A stretch of 44,088 nt of DNA from an uncultured Anaerolineae bacterium. GTDB taxonomy: Bacteria; Chloroflexota; Anaerolineae; CAYNKW01. Below, piece by piece: positions 17,228 to 26,116 of the stretch; position 1 is the first letter of the stretch; each line of letters starts with the position of its first letter. The notes below the pieces were generated by a model that saw only the letters and a program-made list of their open reading frames with translations, made no database searches and had not been told where the DNA came from. The stretch spans positions 1-44,088 of the forward strand of contig CAYNKW010000004.1 of the NCBI GenBank assembly GCA_964397845.1, written 5' to 3'. The translations under genes and the position numbers were made by a program.

Positions 17228-18994
17228 ATGGCACTACAACAGTACTTTGCGGTGGTCAAGAAATGGTGGTGGCTGATGGTGGCCTCGATGCTCGTGGCTG
17301 CGGTCTCTAGCTATCTCGCTGTGTCGCGTGTGCCGCGCATCTACCAATCCACCACTACAGTGATGGTTGGCCAAAGCCTGAGCAAAGCCAATCCCACCTA
17401 TCAGGATTTTTCGATCAGCCAGCAGTTGGCCCAGACATACGTCAACATGGTTCGGCGGCAACCGATCCTCAAGGGCGCGGCAGAGGGACTCGGCTTGCCC
17501 TACATTCCCTGGGCGGGGAACATCTCGGCACGCACCGTGCCGGGCACCCAACTCCTTGAGATCAGCGTACGCGACACTGTCCCCCAGCGCGCCCGCGCGC
17601 TCGCCGACGAGATCGCCCACCAGTTGATCCTCCAAACCCCCACTGAATCTACCGAAGATCAGACGCGGTACGCCTTTGTACAGGCTCAATTGCAGAACCT
17701 GGAGGCCAACATCCAGGCAGCGGAGGAAGAGATCGAAACGGAGCAGGCCAAGCTGGACGCCGCCAACAGTGCCCGGGCCATCCAGCAATACCAGAACAAC
17801 ATTTTCGCGCTGCAGCAAAAGCTAGGCTCCTATCAGTCCACTTATGCCTCGCTTCTACAGACGGAGCAAGGGGGCACCAACTACATCTCGGTCATCGAAC
17901 CGGCCACCACACCTACCTGGCCGATCAGCCCTCGCGTGATGGAAACCGTCATGCTGGCCGCTGCCATCGGCCTAATCCTGGCCCTGGGCGGTGCTTTCCT
18001 GATCGAGTTCCTGGACGACACGGTCAAAACGCCCGACGACGTGACGCGTGCGACAAACCTGCCCATGCTGGGTGCGATTGCCCGCATTGAAGGCCAGGAA
18101 TATGACGAAAAATTGATCCCGCTGCGGCAACCTCGATCCTCCATCTCTGAGGCTTATCGTGCCCTGCGTACCAACATCCAGTTTTCCTCGGTGGACAGGC
18201 CGGTCCGCACGCTGCTGGTGACCAGTTCCGACCCCGCCGAGGGCAAGAGCATCACCCTGGCCAACCTGGCTGTGGTGATGGCGCAATCGGGCCGCTCGGT
18301 GATCGTCGTTGATGCTGACCTGCGGCGACCCACGCAACACAAGATCTTTGACCTGAACAACCACCATGGCTTGAGTAACGCCACCCTGGAATCCAGTTCT
18401 AGCCTGCTCGAATACATACAACCTGCAAAGATCGAGAACTTGCGAATCGTCACCAGCGGCCCGCTGCCACCCAACCCGGCCGATTTGCTGGGCTCGGAGC
18501 GCATGGGGGCCATCATTGAGGAACTGAAAAGCCGGGCAGATTTGGTGCTGTTCGACTCCCCTCCCGTGCTGGCGGTGACCGACGCGGCCGTGCTCTCCAC
18601 AAAAGTGGATGGCGTCCTGCTCGTACACAACGCCGGGCACACACGGTGTGCCACGGCCCGGCGGGCTGTAGAAGAGTTGCGCCGGGTGGATGCCAATCTG
18701 CTGGGCGTGGTGCTGAACCGGCTGTCGCTGCGACGTGGAAGCTACTACTATCCCCAATACTACTACCAGACCGAGGACGCACAGCAGAGAAGTCGGCGCT
18801 GGCACCATATCCCACAATTGATCCTCGGCCGGCTCAAGTCTCACATTCCACACCCTCCCTTTCGGGAGCGGCTGATTTTCATTAACGGCTCAACTGATTT
18901 ATCATTCCAGGCCACACTCTATGGAGGAGGCTTGGAATGGCCGACGGCACACTGGCCTACGTGGCTAACTATCATCCCCTGGTGGGACATCTGA
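17228..18994 (+). CDS. Polysaccharide co-polymerase: Wzz-domain chain-length determinant fused to a BY-type tyrosine autokinase; the 3' end probably runs into IS-derived DNA
   Basis: GGAGG before ATG 17228. Two TM segments flank a coiled-coil region. Walker A SDPAEGKS, A' VIVVDADLRRP, B LVLFDSPP. Tyr cluster RRGSYYYPQYYYQ at about 18731-18775. Confidence 0.88.
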   Translation: MALQQYFAVVKKWWWLMVASMLVAAVSSYLAVSRVPRIYQSTTTVMVGQSLSKANPTYQDFSISQQLAQTYVNMVRRQPILKGAAEGLGLPYIPWAGNISARTVPGTQLLEISVRDTVPQRARALADEIAHQLILQTPTESTEDQTRYAFVQAQLQNLEANIQAAEEEIETEQAKLDAANSARAIQQYQNNIFALQQKLGSYQSTYASLLQTEQGGTNYISVIEPATTPTWPISPRVMETVMLAAAIGLILALGGAFLIEFLDDTVKTPDDVTRATNLPMLGAIARIEGQEYDEKLIPLRQPRSSISEAYRALRTNIQFSSVDRPVRTLLVTSSDPAEGKSITLANLAVVMAQSGRSVIVVDADLRRPTQHKIFDLNNHHGLSNATLESSSSLLEYIQPAKIENLRIVTSGPLPPNPADLLGSERMGAIIEELKSRADLVLFDSPPVLAVTDAAVLSTKVDGVLLVHNAGHTRCATARRAVEELRRVDANLLGVVLNRLSLRRGSYYYPQYYYQTEDAQQRSRRWHHIPQLILGRLKSHIPHPPFRERLIFINGSTDLSFQATLYGGGLEWPTAHWPTWLTIIPWWDI

Positions 18995-19808
18995 TTCAAC
19001 AAACGGGCATGGTTCCCATACTGACGGCGATGTTGGACGACCCCAACCAAGAGTACGGCTTGGACGCTGGCACGGTCGTGGCCGGTTTGATCTACAACAT
19101 TCTGAGTTCGGAGCGGATTCGTCTGTACCGTTGGCACGGGGTCACAGCAAGGACCATCGTCCCGATCTGGTTCAATTGCTCTTCGGTGTGGTCATGAGTC
19201 GGGATGGCGTATTGGTCTCCGGCGAGATGGCCTCTGGTAATGAGCAAGACATGAAACTCAACGGCTATTGGATCACCCATATACGACAGCATCTTGGGCT
19301 GGACATCGGCCAGTTTCTGTTGTGCGTGGCCGATAGCGCCGCCGTCACTGAGGAGAACCTTCGCTTGTTCCGCTTGTTTCGCATGGACTTCATCTCTTGC
19401 TTGCCAGAACGATTCGGGCTGGCCGAGAGGCTGTTTACCCAGGCCCTGGCCGCCCAAAAACCATGGACGGAAGTGGGGGCCATCGGCCAAGGCAAGCACG
19501 CCTCACAGTATGAAGTGTGGGAGACCACGGCCGAGCTAGCCGGTGAGCGCTATCGCTTCTTGGTCGTGCGCTCCGACAGCTTGACAGCCCACCAGACCAA
19601 GACCTTGGAGCGGGCTATCGCTCGGGAGCAAGCGTCCCTCCAAAAGGCGCTGAAAGAGATGTCGAAACAGCGGTGGGACACACCGACTGATGCCGAACAG
19701 GCCCAGAGCCACTTTGACCAGACGCACAAGCCGCGCTATCACCACATAGGGTGGACTGTCATGCCCCAGATTGAATATCTCCCGCGGACAAAGCCTGGTC
19801 GGCCCTGA
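18937..19808 (+). mobile_element. IS1634/IS4-family transposase remnant (DUF4277-like N-terminus, internal deletion/frameshift, 3' truncated)
   Basis: GGAGGAGG precedes ATG 18937. MADGTLAYVANYHPLVGHLIQQTGMVPIL..GTVVAGLIYNILSSERIRLYR switches frame near 19130 into GHSKDHRPDLVQLLFGV .. VADSAAVTEENL .. YRFLVVRSDSL. It is too short and lacks the distal catalytic part. Confidence 0.75.
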
Positions 19809-20070
19809 TTATTGCCCAGCGAACCGGGGACACCTGGCATTTCCGCCCAGCACGTCCGCTGTCTAACAACCGGTGCCGGGTCCTGACTTTGGCGGGCTTC
19901 GGCCCTGAGATCTACTCATGGCAGGGCCGCTTGGTCCCGGAAAATCTCGGCTTGCCAGCACCGTAGGGTGCGGAATATGAGTCAAGTGGTCAGGAAACCA
20001 CAGCCAAAGAACAGAGCAGAGCCATGTCGCGAGCGAGCCAGGGCCCGGTGTGCAGCAGTGGTGAAGAATC

Positions 20071-20477
20071 GTGCGGTGGCAGAGGATCACCACCCTGGGG
20101 CCAGGGGGGGTCTTTGGCCTGTTTACTGCTGGTGTGGCGCTGGTGGCGGGGGTGAGCATCTACGTGCCCAGGTCCACCTGCCTCGCTCAGGCCCTGGCCA
20201 TGCAGGTGCTGCTGGGCCGGTGCGGTCATCCGGCCAGCCTCCGCATCGGTGTTGCCCGAAGCGAAGCGAGGCGGGACGATTACAAGCTCACGCATGGGTG
20301 GAAAGCGATGGCAGGATTGTGCTTGGTAACTCCAAAGACCTGGCGCGCTTATACCCCGTTGCCGCCGTTGGAGGGAGAAAGGCCATCCGGGCGCGTTGTG
20401 ATCGTTCTTTGAGATCGACTGGCAAACCCGGCCATGGGTCCGGGGGTTTGCTCATTGAGTTCTTGATTTCAGGTTGA
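20071..20477 (+). pseudogene. Lasso-peptide B2 / transglutaminase-like (Transglut_core3) protein, frameshifted by a 5-bp tandem duplication
   Basis: Frame A reads ..YVPRSTCLAQALAMQVLLGRCGHPASLRIGVARSE. Frame B reads SEAGRLQAHAWVESDGRIVLGNSKDLARLYPV. GAAGC is duplicated at 20258-20262 and 20263-20267; removing one copy restores ..IGVARSEAGRLQAHAWVE... Confidence 0.65.
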
Positions 20478-20515
20478 CGGACAACCATCATGTAAAGCGG
20501 AAAGGAGAAAGACTT

Positions 20516-21046
20516 ATGCTGCACCGATTTGCTCTATTGCATCACCGGCCTCTGTTGCCAGCGCTGGGGGTCAGCGTACTGGCCATTCTGGTTGTGGCTG
20601 TCATAGGGCTGTCCCTTTCAGCTTCGGCCCAGGGCGTGCCAGAGCTAAGCGTCTCAAAGACCGCCAGCAAAATCCACGTGCACCCGAACGAATTGGTGAC
20701 CTACACTATCAGCCTGGAGAACGCAGGCACAGTAAGCGCGTCAGCAATGTTGACGGACACGGTTCCCTTCGGGGTCACCTACGTCCCAGGGAGCGCGACT
20801 GGCGGAGCGACCTATTCTGATGGCAAGGTGACCTGGTCGGGAACTGTGAAGCCGAGCGAAACTAGGGTGATCACTTTCCAGGTGATTGTGGCTGAGCCCG
20901 AAACGCTGGGGCCGTTGCCCATCGTCAATACGGCCTGTGCCGACGATGGTACAGACATGGTCTGTGACTGGATCGTGATCTACTCGCGCCGGTACAAGGT
21001 GTTCTTGCCTTGCATTACCAAGAACCACCGGCCGGGGCCACCATGA
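20516..21046 (+). CDS. Secreted DUF11 (conserved repeat domain) protein with a C-terminal FLPCITK tail
   Basis: ATG 20516 after AAAGGAGAAAG. Signal peptide ..VIGLSLSASAQG. SVSKTASKIHVHPNELVTYTISLENAGTVSASAMLTDTVPFGVTYVPGSATGG is typical of DUF11. Confidence 0.8.
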   Translation: MLHRFALLHHRPLLPALGVSVLAILVVAVIGLSLSASAQGVPELSVSKTASKIHVHPNELVTYTISLENAGTVSASAMLTDTVPFGVTYVPGSATGGATYSDGKVTWSGTVKPSETRVITFQVIVAEPETLGPLPIVNTACADDGTDMVCDWIVIYSRRYKVFLPCITKNHRPGPP

Positions 21047-21093
21047 CCTTGCCACGCACCAAAGCTGACTCACCCTGAAAGAAGGTATGCTAG

Positions 21094-22599
21094 ATGAAGC
21101 GGAGAGTAGTTCTTATGCTGTTGGTCGGGCTGCTGGCTGGCCTGTCAGGTATTCAGGGGGGCGTTTCTTCCCCAGCGCAAGGCCCTAAGAAGGGCGCGGC
21201 AACGACCAACCTCCTGCCAACCAGTGCCACAAGCGCGACGTTCTTGGCTCCGATGTCAGACACCTCTGCGAGTTCGCTTTACCCCTCGGCCTGCGATCGC
21301 TTCGGCGTGGGAGTGAACCTCGATTACGGCAGTGTGGACGACTACGATGTGGCGCGGCTCCATGCGGGCTGGTACGTGGACTGGCACACTCACCTGGCTC
21401 CTCCTCACCCCGCCGGGCTGGACTACATGCAGATGGTACAGACGTTGGGTGACACCTTCTCGCCCGACGAGGCGACACTGGCAGCCATCGCCGCTGCCAG
21501 CCCTGGCGCCACCTGGCTTATCGGCAACGAGCCGGACTGTATCTGGCAGGGCAATAGCACCCCGGATCAATACGCACAGGTCTACCACCAACTCTACACC
21601 TTTCTCAAAGCCCGCGATCCGACCTGTCGCGTGACCGTTGGCGGCATTGTCCAGGCCACCGATCTGCGCTTGCAGTGGTTGGACGCAGTCCTGGATGCCT
21701 ATCAGACGCGCTATGGCGAGGCCCTGCTGGTGGACCTGTGGAACATCCACACTTTCATCCTGCAGGAGAGGAGAGACGACTGGGGCGCCGAGATTCCCCC
21801 GGGCATCAACGCTAGCCAGGGGGAACTGTGGGGTGTTGAAGACCACGATAATATGACCTTCTTTGCCGAGCAAATCGTCCGTTTTCGCCAGTGGATGAAG
21901 GATCGCGGGGAACGTGACAAAGAACTTGTTGTCTCCGAATACGGCATCCTGATGCCGGATAGCCTCGGCTTTGACGAGACCCGTGTCCGAACCTTCATGG
22001 ACAGCACCTTTGACTACTTTACGACAGCGGTGGACTCTGAGTTAGGCTGCCCCGCCGATGGGAATCGCCTGGTGCAGCGCTGGGTCTGGTACAGCCTGAA
22101 CGACAAGCGATTTGAAGGGCATACCTCGCACAGCCACCTTTTCAACCCCGATACCAAAGAGATCACTCCGCTGGGCACAGACTTTGAGAACTATGTGACG
22201 CCGCTGTGTACCTCCTACGTGGATCTGGCTCCGGCAGCCATCACCTTTTCCCCAGCGCAGCCTCTGGCACTCGACGGCCTGCCGATCACGATCACCGTTA
22301 CGGCTGCGGTGCGCAACGCTGGGAATACAGACACGGCCAATGTGCCCCTCTATTTCTGGGTGGGCGATCCTGACCACCCCATCGGCAACGTGGAGACCAT
22401 CGGGGCGCTGGCGGCACGGTCGCTAGCCAGCGGATCGGTCGAGTGGCAGGGAGTGTCGAGTGGGTTATACACCGTTGGCGTGACGGTGGACGCCGGGGAC
22501 GTCATCGTTGAGTCGGATGAGAGCAATAATCAAGCCTCCGGCATCCTGCTGGTTGCCAGACACGCGACTTTTCTGCCACTCGTCGTCAAACAGCGGTAG
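21094..22599 (+). CDS. Secreted clan GH-A-like (beta/alpha)8 glycoside hydrolase + CARDB-like domain + FLPLVVK tail
   Basis: Signal peptide MKRRVVLMLLVGLLAGLSG. Candidate acid/base WLIGNEPD and nucleophile LVVSEYG. C-terminal ITVTAAVRNAGNTDTANV..VIVESDESNN is CARDB-like. Ends LLVARHATFLPLVVKQR*. Confidence 0.7.
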   Translation: MKRRVVLMLLVGLLAGLSGIQGGVSSPAQGPKKGAATTNLLPTSATSATFLAPMSDTSASSLYPSACDRFGVGVNLDYGSVDDYDVARLHAGWYVDWHTHLAPPHPAGLDYMQMVQTLGDTFSPDEATLAAIAAASPGATWLIGNEPDCIWQGNSTPDQYAQVYHQLYTFLKARDPTCRVTVGGIVQATDLRLQWLDAVLDAYQTRYGEALLVDLWNIHTFILQERRDDWGAEIPPGINASQGELWGVEDHDNMTFFAEQIVRFRQWMKDRGERDKELVVSEYGILMPDSLGFDETRVRTFMDSTFDYFTTAVDSELGCPADGNRLVQRWVWYSLNDKRFEGHTSHSHLFNPDTKEITPLGTDFENYVTPLCTSYVDLAPAAITFSPAQPLALDGLPITITVTAAVRNAGNTDTANVPLYFWVGDPDHPIGNVETIGALAARSLASGSVEWQGVSSGLYTVGVTVDAGDVIVESDESNNQASGILLVARHATFLPLVVKQR

Positions 22600-22693
22600 G
22601 CAGCGGATGCTGATTGGCGGATAGAGGGCCAACTTTTCCCCCTGAACGGCTACAAAACCATTTGAGTGTGGCTAAAACAACCTGGAAACCTGA

Positions 22694-22787
22694 CCCTTGC
22701 GAAGGTTAGTGGGATACTCTGGGCCGAAATTGCCTCTGTCAGCGAGCAAATGCCCATTTCAATGGCTCTTTGAAACCTTCGCAAGGG
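22694..22787. repeat. Perfect 14-bp inverted repeat (CCCTTGCGAAGGTT / AACCTTCGCAAGGG) separated by 66 nt, with imperfect outward extensions; intergenic
   Basis: Read directly at 22694-22707 and 22774-22787. Lies in the 328-nt gap upstream of the GT2 gene at 22928. Confidence 0.8.
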
Positions 22788-22927
22788 TTGTCCAAGCCAT
22801 TCCAGCCAGACTCATTTTAACTGCTATATCTCGAAGCCACAAAACTTCCATCTGAGCGTGGCATCACATCGCAATGGTATCGTTGTCCATCTCACTCAGA
22901 GTGACCGAACCTCCAAAGGATACACAG

Positions 22928-23818
22928 ATGCTAAAATGCTGTGTTGCCATCATGGCTTACAACGAAGAAGCAAACATCGGCCGCTTGCTGGACGCGCTGC
23001 TGCGGCAAAGGTTGGAAACGGTGTCCATCGCCGACATAGTCGTCGTGGCGAGCGGTTGCACGGACCCCACCGAGAAGATTGTCGGTGAGTACGTTGCACT
23101 AGATCCCCGCATCAAGCTCTACACCCAGTCGCGGCGTGAGGGCAAAGCCTCGGCCATCAACCTGTTGCTGCAGCAGACACGGCAAGAGATCATCGTCTTG
23201 GAAAGCGCCGATACTTTGCCCAGCCCAGATACCATTGAGAATCTCGTGGCTCCCTTTGCCGATCCCAACGTCGGCATGACAGGGGGGCGTCCTATACCCA
23301 CCAATGACCCTCGTCAGTTCATGGGCTTTACTGCCCACCTGATGTGGAACCTGCACCACCGCGTTTCGCTACGCCGCCCCAAGATGGGGGAACTCATCGC
23401 CTTCCGCAATATCTTTCGACAGATTCCCTACGATTCGGCCGTGGACGAGGCCAGCATCGAGCCGCTCATCCTGGGTCAAGGCTTGGCGCTACGCTACGTG
23501 CCCGAGGCTATCGTCTACAATCGAGGGCCGGAAACGGTATGCGACCTTTTCAAGCAGCGACGGCGCATTTACGCCGGACACCTCTACGTGCGTGACATGC
23601 TGGGCTATCGCGTGTCTACTATGAGTGGCTGGCGTATCCTGCCCCTCTTTTTCGCCGAGATGAAGGCCGATTGGCGCTATCTTGTCTGGGGGCCGGCCGT
23701 CATCGCCTTGGAAGTGGCTGTCCGCCTGAAAGGCTTCATGGACTACTCTGTACGGCGGCACAAGTCGTTCATCTGGCCGGTAGCTGAGACCACCAAAGAA
23801 TTGATCGAGATACCGTAA
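22928..23818 (+). CDS. Glycosyltransferase, GT2 family
   Basis: ATG 22928 (AAGGA upstream). CCVAIMAYNEEANIGRLLDALL .. VVVASGCTDPT .. IIVLESADT. Confidence 0.85.
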   Translation: MLKCCVAIMAYNEEANIGRLLDALLRQRLETVSIADIVVVASGCTDPTEKIVGEYVALDPRIKLYTQSRREGKASAINLLLQQTRQEIIVLESADTLPSPDTIENLVAPFADPNVGMTGGRPIPTNDPRQFMGFTAHLMWNLHHRVSLRRPKMGELIAFRNIFRQIPYDSAVDEASIEPLILGQGLALRYVPEAIVYNRGPETVCDLFKQRRRIYAGHLYVRDMLGYRVSTMSGWRILPLFFAEMKADWRYLVWGPAVIALEVAVRLKGFMDYSVRRHKSFIWPVAETTKELIEIP

Positions 23819-23833
23819 GACTAGGAGGGAGCC

Positions 23834-24673
23834 ATGAGCACCATCGAGATCACTCACTACGATACGGGCCTGGGTACAACCTATGAGCGACATGCGCTGA
23901 ATAAACTTTTGGCCCGGTTGGTCCGGGAACTCGATATACGCACTGTCCTGGAAGGGCCTTTCGATGGCATGACGGGCATTGCGGGCCTCAACAGCCTGGT
24001 GTTGGCCCGCCACGGTGCTCAAGTCTATGTCGTGTTGCCCGATCAAGAGATGACCAACCTGGCCGAACGTGCCTGGGGTGCGACAGGTTGCCGGTCGCGC
24101 GGCACTTTTGCTGTCTCTCCAGAACCAGCCCTCGATTTTCCTGACAATAGCTTTGATCTGGTCTGGAGCTTTAACGTTCTCCCTCGCCTGGACAACTTTG
24201 CGGAGATTCTGAAAGAGATGCTCCGTGTTTCCCGGCGCTACGTCTTGATCTTTGTGCCCAACCGACGAAACTATGGCTTCTGGCTTCACCGCTTGCATCA
24301 CCGGGTCACCGGTGAGCCGTGGGATCACGGCCCGGTGGAACTGCTAGCGCCGAAACCATGGCAACGCCTCTTGGAAGAGCACGGCTTAAAGGTCCACAAA
24401 CCCATGTGGGTAGATATCCCTTGGTGGCCGGACATTGTGGACATCAACCAGATGATGGCGGACTTTTTCCCGTTCTTAAAGCCCCTGACAAACAAAGATA
24501 AACCGGAAAATCGCTACCGTTGGGATGCCGAAGATTTGCCTTATTTTGATCCCTGGCGCTACCCGGAAGTCCACGCCCGTATGGAGCGCCTCTCCTTCAT
24601 CGAGAACAGCCGACTGCCCATTGTCAAGCAACTCTTTGCGCATCACGTAGGCATCCTGGGGGAAAAGATGTAG
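23834..24673 (+). CDS. Putative class I SAM-dependent methyltransferase
   Basis: AGGAGGGAGCC before the ATG. VLEGPFDGMTGIAGLNSLVLARHGAQVYVV .. FDLVWSFNVLPRL .. LKEMLRVSRRYVLIFVPN. The glycine-rich motif I is atypical. Confidence 0.55.
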   Translation: MSTIEITHYDTGLGTTYERHALNKLLARLVRELDIRTVLEGPFDGMTGIAGLNSLVLARHGAQVYVVLPDQEMTNLAERAWGATGCRSRGTFAVSPEPALDFPDNSFDLVWSFNVLPRLDNFAEILKEMLRVSRRYVLIFVPNRRNYGFWLHRLHHRVTGEPWDHGPVELLAPKPWQRLLEEHGLKVHKPMWVDIPWWPDIVDINQMMADFFPFLKPLTNKDKPENRYRWDAEDLPYFDPWRYPEVHARMERLSFIENSRLPIVKQLFAHHVGILGEKM

Positions 24674-24837
24674 CTCGAATCAGCGTTTATCGGCTATCAA
24701 CCGGCCGTATAGGCCCGTATCTGCTGCTACCTCGTCGTCTATCTTGTTGAGGCAGCGTGCAATCCACGAGGCAAATCCTGCAAGGTCCCGGCTTGGTGGC
24801 CGGGGCCCCATCATATCGGGGAAGCGAAAGGGCGGCC

Positions 24838-25851
24838 ATGAAAGTTCTGGTCACCGGCGCGTCCGGTTTTATCGGCCGATACCTGGCACACGCCCTGATC
24901 GCTCAGGGACACCAGGTCCGAGTATTGGTTCGAACGTCGTCCGCTCAAAACAGCTTCAACGGGCCAATGCCTTTTGTGGGAGATCTTACCGACGCCGCCT
25001 CGTTGCGCCGGGCCGTTGAGGGCGTAGACCAGGTCTATCACCTGGCGGCCATCCGCGACCGCTGGGGACAGCCTTTCCAAGACTATTACGCTGTTAACGT
25101 CCAAGGGACACGCCACCTTCTGGGCGCTGCTGCGGACCAAGGTGCGCGCTTTGTCTACTGTAGCTCGGTGGGTGTGCTGGGCTATCCCGGCACACTGGAC
25201 ATTGACGAGAGCTACCCCTATCGCACAAACGACGGCAAGTTCAACTATCACCACACCAAAGCCCTGGCCGAGCAGTTGACGCTGGATTGCGCCCGGAGAG
25301 ACCGGCTGGTGGCCACCGTCGTTCGCCCGGTTATCACCTACGGCCCCGGCGACGAATACGGCATGGTGACTAAACTCCTCACCTTGCTGGCGACAGGCCG
25401 TTTCGTGCCGGTGGGAAACGGTCGCAACCACGTCCATCTGGCCTACGTCACCGACACTGTGCGAGGGATCATCCTGGCTGGCGAAGGTGATCAGTCGCTC
25501 GGCCGAGTCTACATCATCCCCGGCAGCCGCCCCATTACCATGAGAGAGTTAATTGTCCAGGCCTGTGTCTTATTGGGACGCCCGACGCCTCGCTGGCACA
25601 TCCCTCTCATGTCCGCCAAAGCTGCTGCCCGGATGATGGAAACTGTGTACACTCTCCATCGCAGATTAGGCCTCCGGGTTTTAGGTGATGAACCGTTCCT
25701 CACCCGGGACAAGATTGATACGCTGACGATCAATCGGGGATTCAATGGCCGCCGCGCGGAGCAAGAGCTGGGTTATCACCCTACTGTAGACTACCCTGAG
25801 GGCCTGGCATTGACCGTGGCCTGGGCCCGCCAGGCCGGCATCCTGTCCTGA
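24838..25851 (+). CDS. NAD(P)-dependent epimerase/dehydratase (extended SDR)
   Basis: ATG 24838. MKVLVTGASGFIGRYLAHAL (GxxGxxG). YHHTKALAE (YxxxK). Confidence 0.88.
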   Translation: MKVLVTGASGFIGRYLAHALIAQGHQVRVLVRTSSAQNSFNGPMPFVGDLTDAASLRRAVEGVDQVYHLAAIRDRWGQPFQDYYAVNVQGTRHLLGAAADQGARFVYCSSVGVLGYPGTLDIDESYPYRTNDGKFNYHHTKALAEQLTLDCARRDRLVATVVRPVITYGPGDEYGMVTKLLTLLATGRFVPVGNGRNHVHLAYVTDTVRGIILAGEGDQSLGRVYIIPGSRPITMRELIVQACVLLGRPTPRWHIPLMSAKAAARMMETVYTLHRRLGLRVLGDEPFLTRDKIDTLTINRGFNGRRAEQELGYHPTVDYPEGLALTVAWARQAGILS

Positions 25852-26116
25852 CATAGCAATTCTAACCGCTTTCTAACCAATTACACACGGAAACCCTGCT
25901 TTTTTCAGTCATAATGCCAGGAGATGGCGGCCTGTCTGCCTAGTACTACAACGTGGCTTTGTTCCAGAAACCCGTTTTCTGGCGCTTGCAACCTCAATCC
26001 GCCAGCGTTGCAGAGCCGATTTACCAACCAGAGCAGCCCCAGGGCAGGAGAAAATGGATTTCTTTCAAGTCGTTATGTCAAAATAATGTCGTAGTACCAG
26101 GAAAGCGAGGGCAATT

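Noticed and set aside
19809-20070. Open frame ..TWHFRPARPLSNNRCRVLTLAGFGPEIYSWQGRLVPENLGLPAP* between the IS remnant and the B2 pseudogene, considered as a PqqD-like RRE or a transposase C-terminus
   Set aside because: No motif I can recognise for either family. It probably belongs to the decayed region, but cannot be assigned without a search.
25861-25878. Direct repeat TCTAACC at 25861-25867 and 25872-25878 (11-nt phasing) as a regulator-binding site
   Set aside because: There are only two 7-nt copies with no supporting promoter elements recognised, so it could be chance.
25972-25990. 7-bp perfect hairpin CCAGAAA-CCCGT-TTTCTGG after the SDR gene, as an intrinsic terminator
   Set aside because: The stem is AU-rich, there is no downstream T-run, and it lies 120 nt past the stop. 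This is insufficient for a terminator call.
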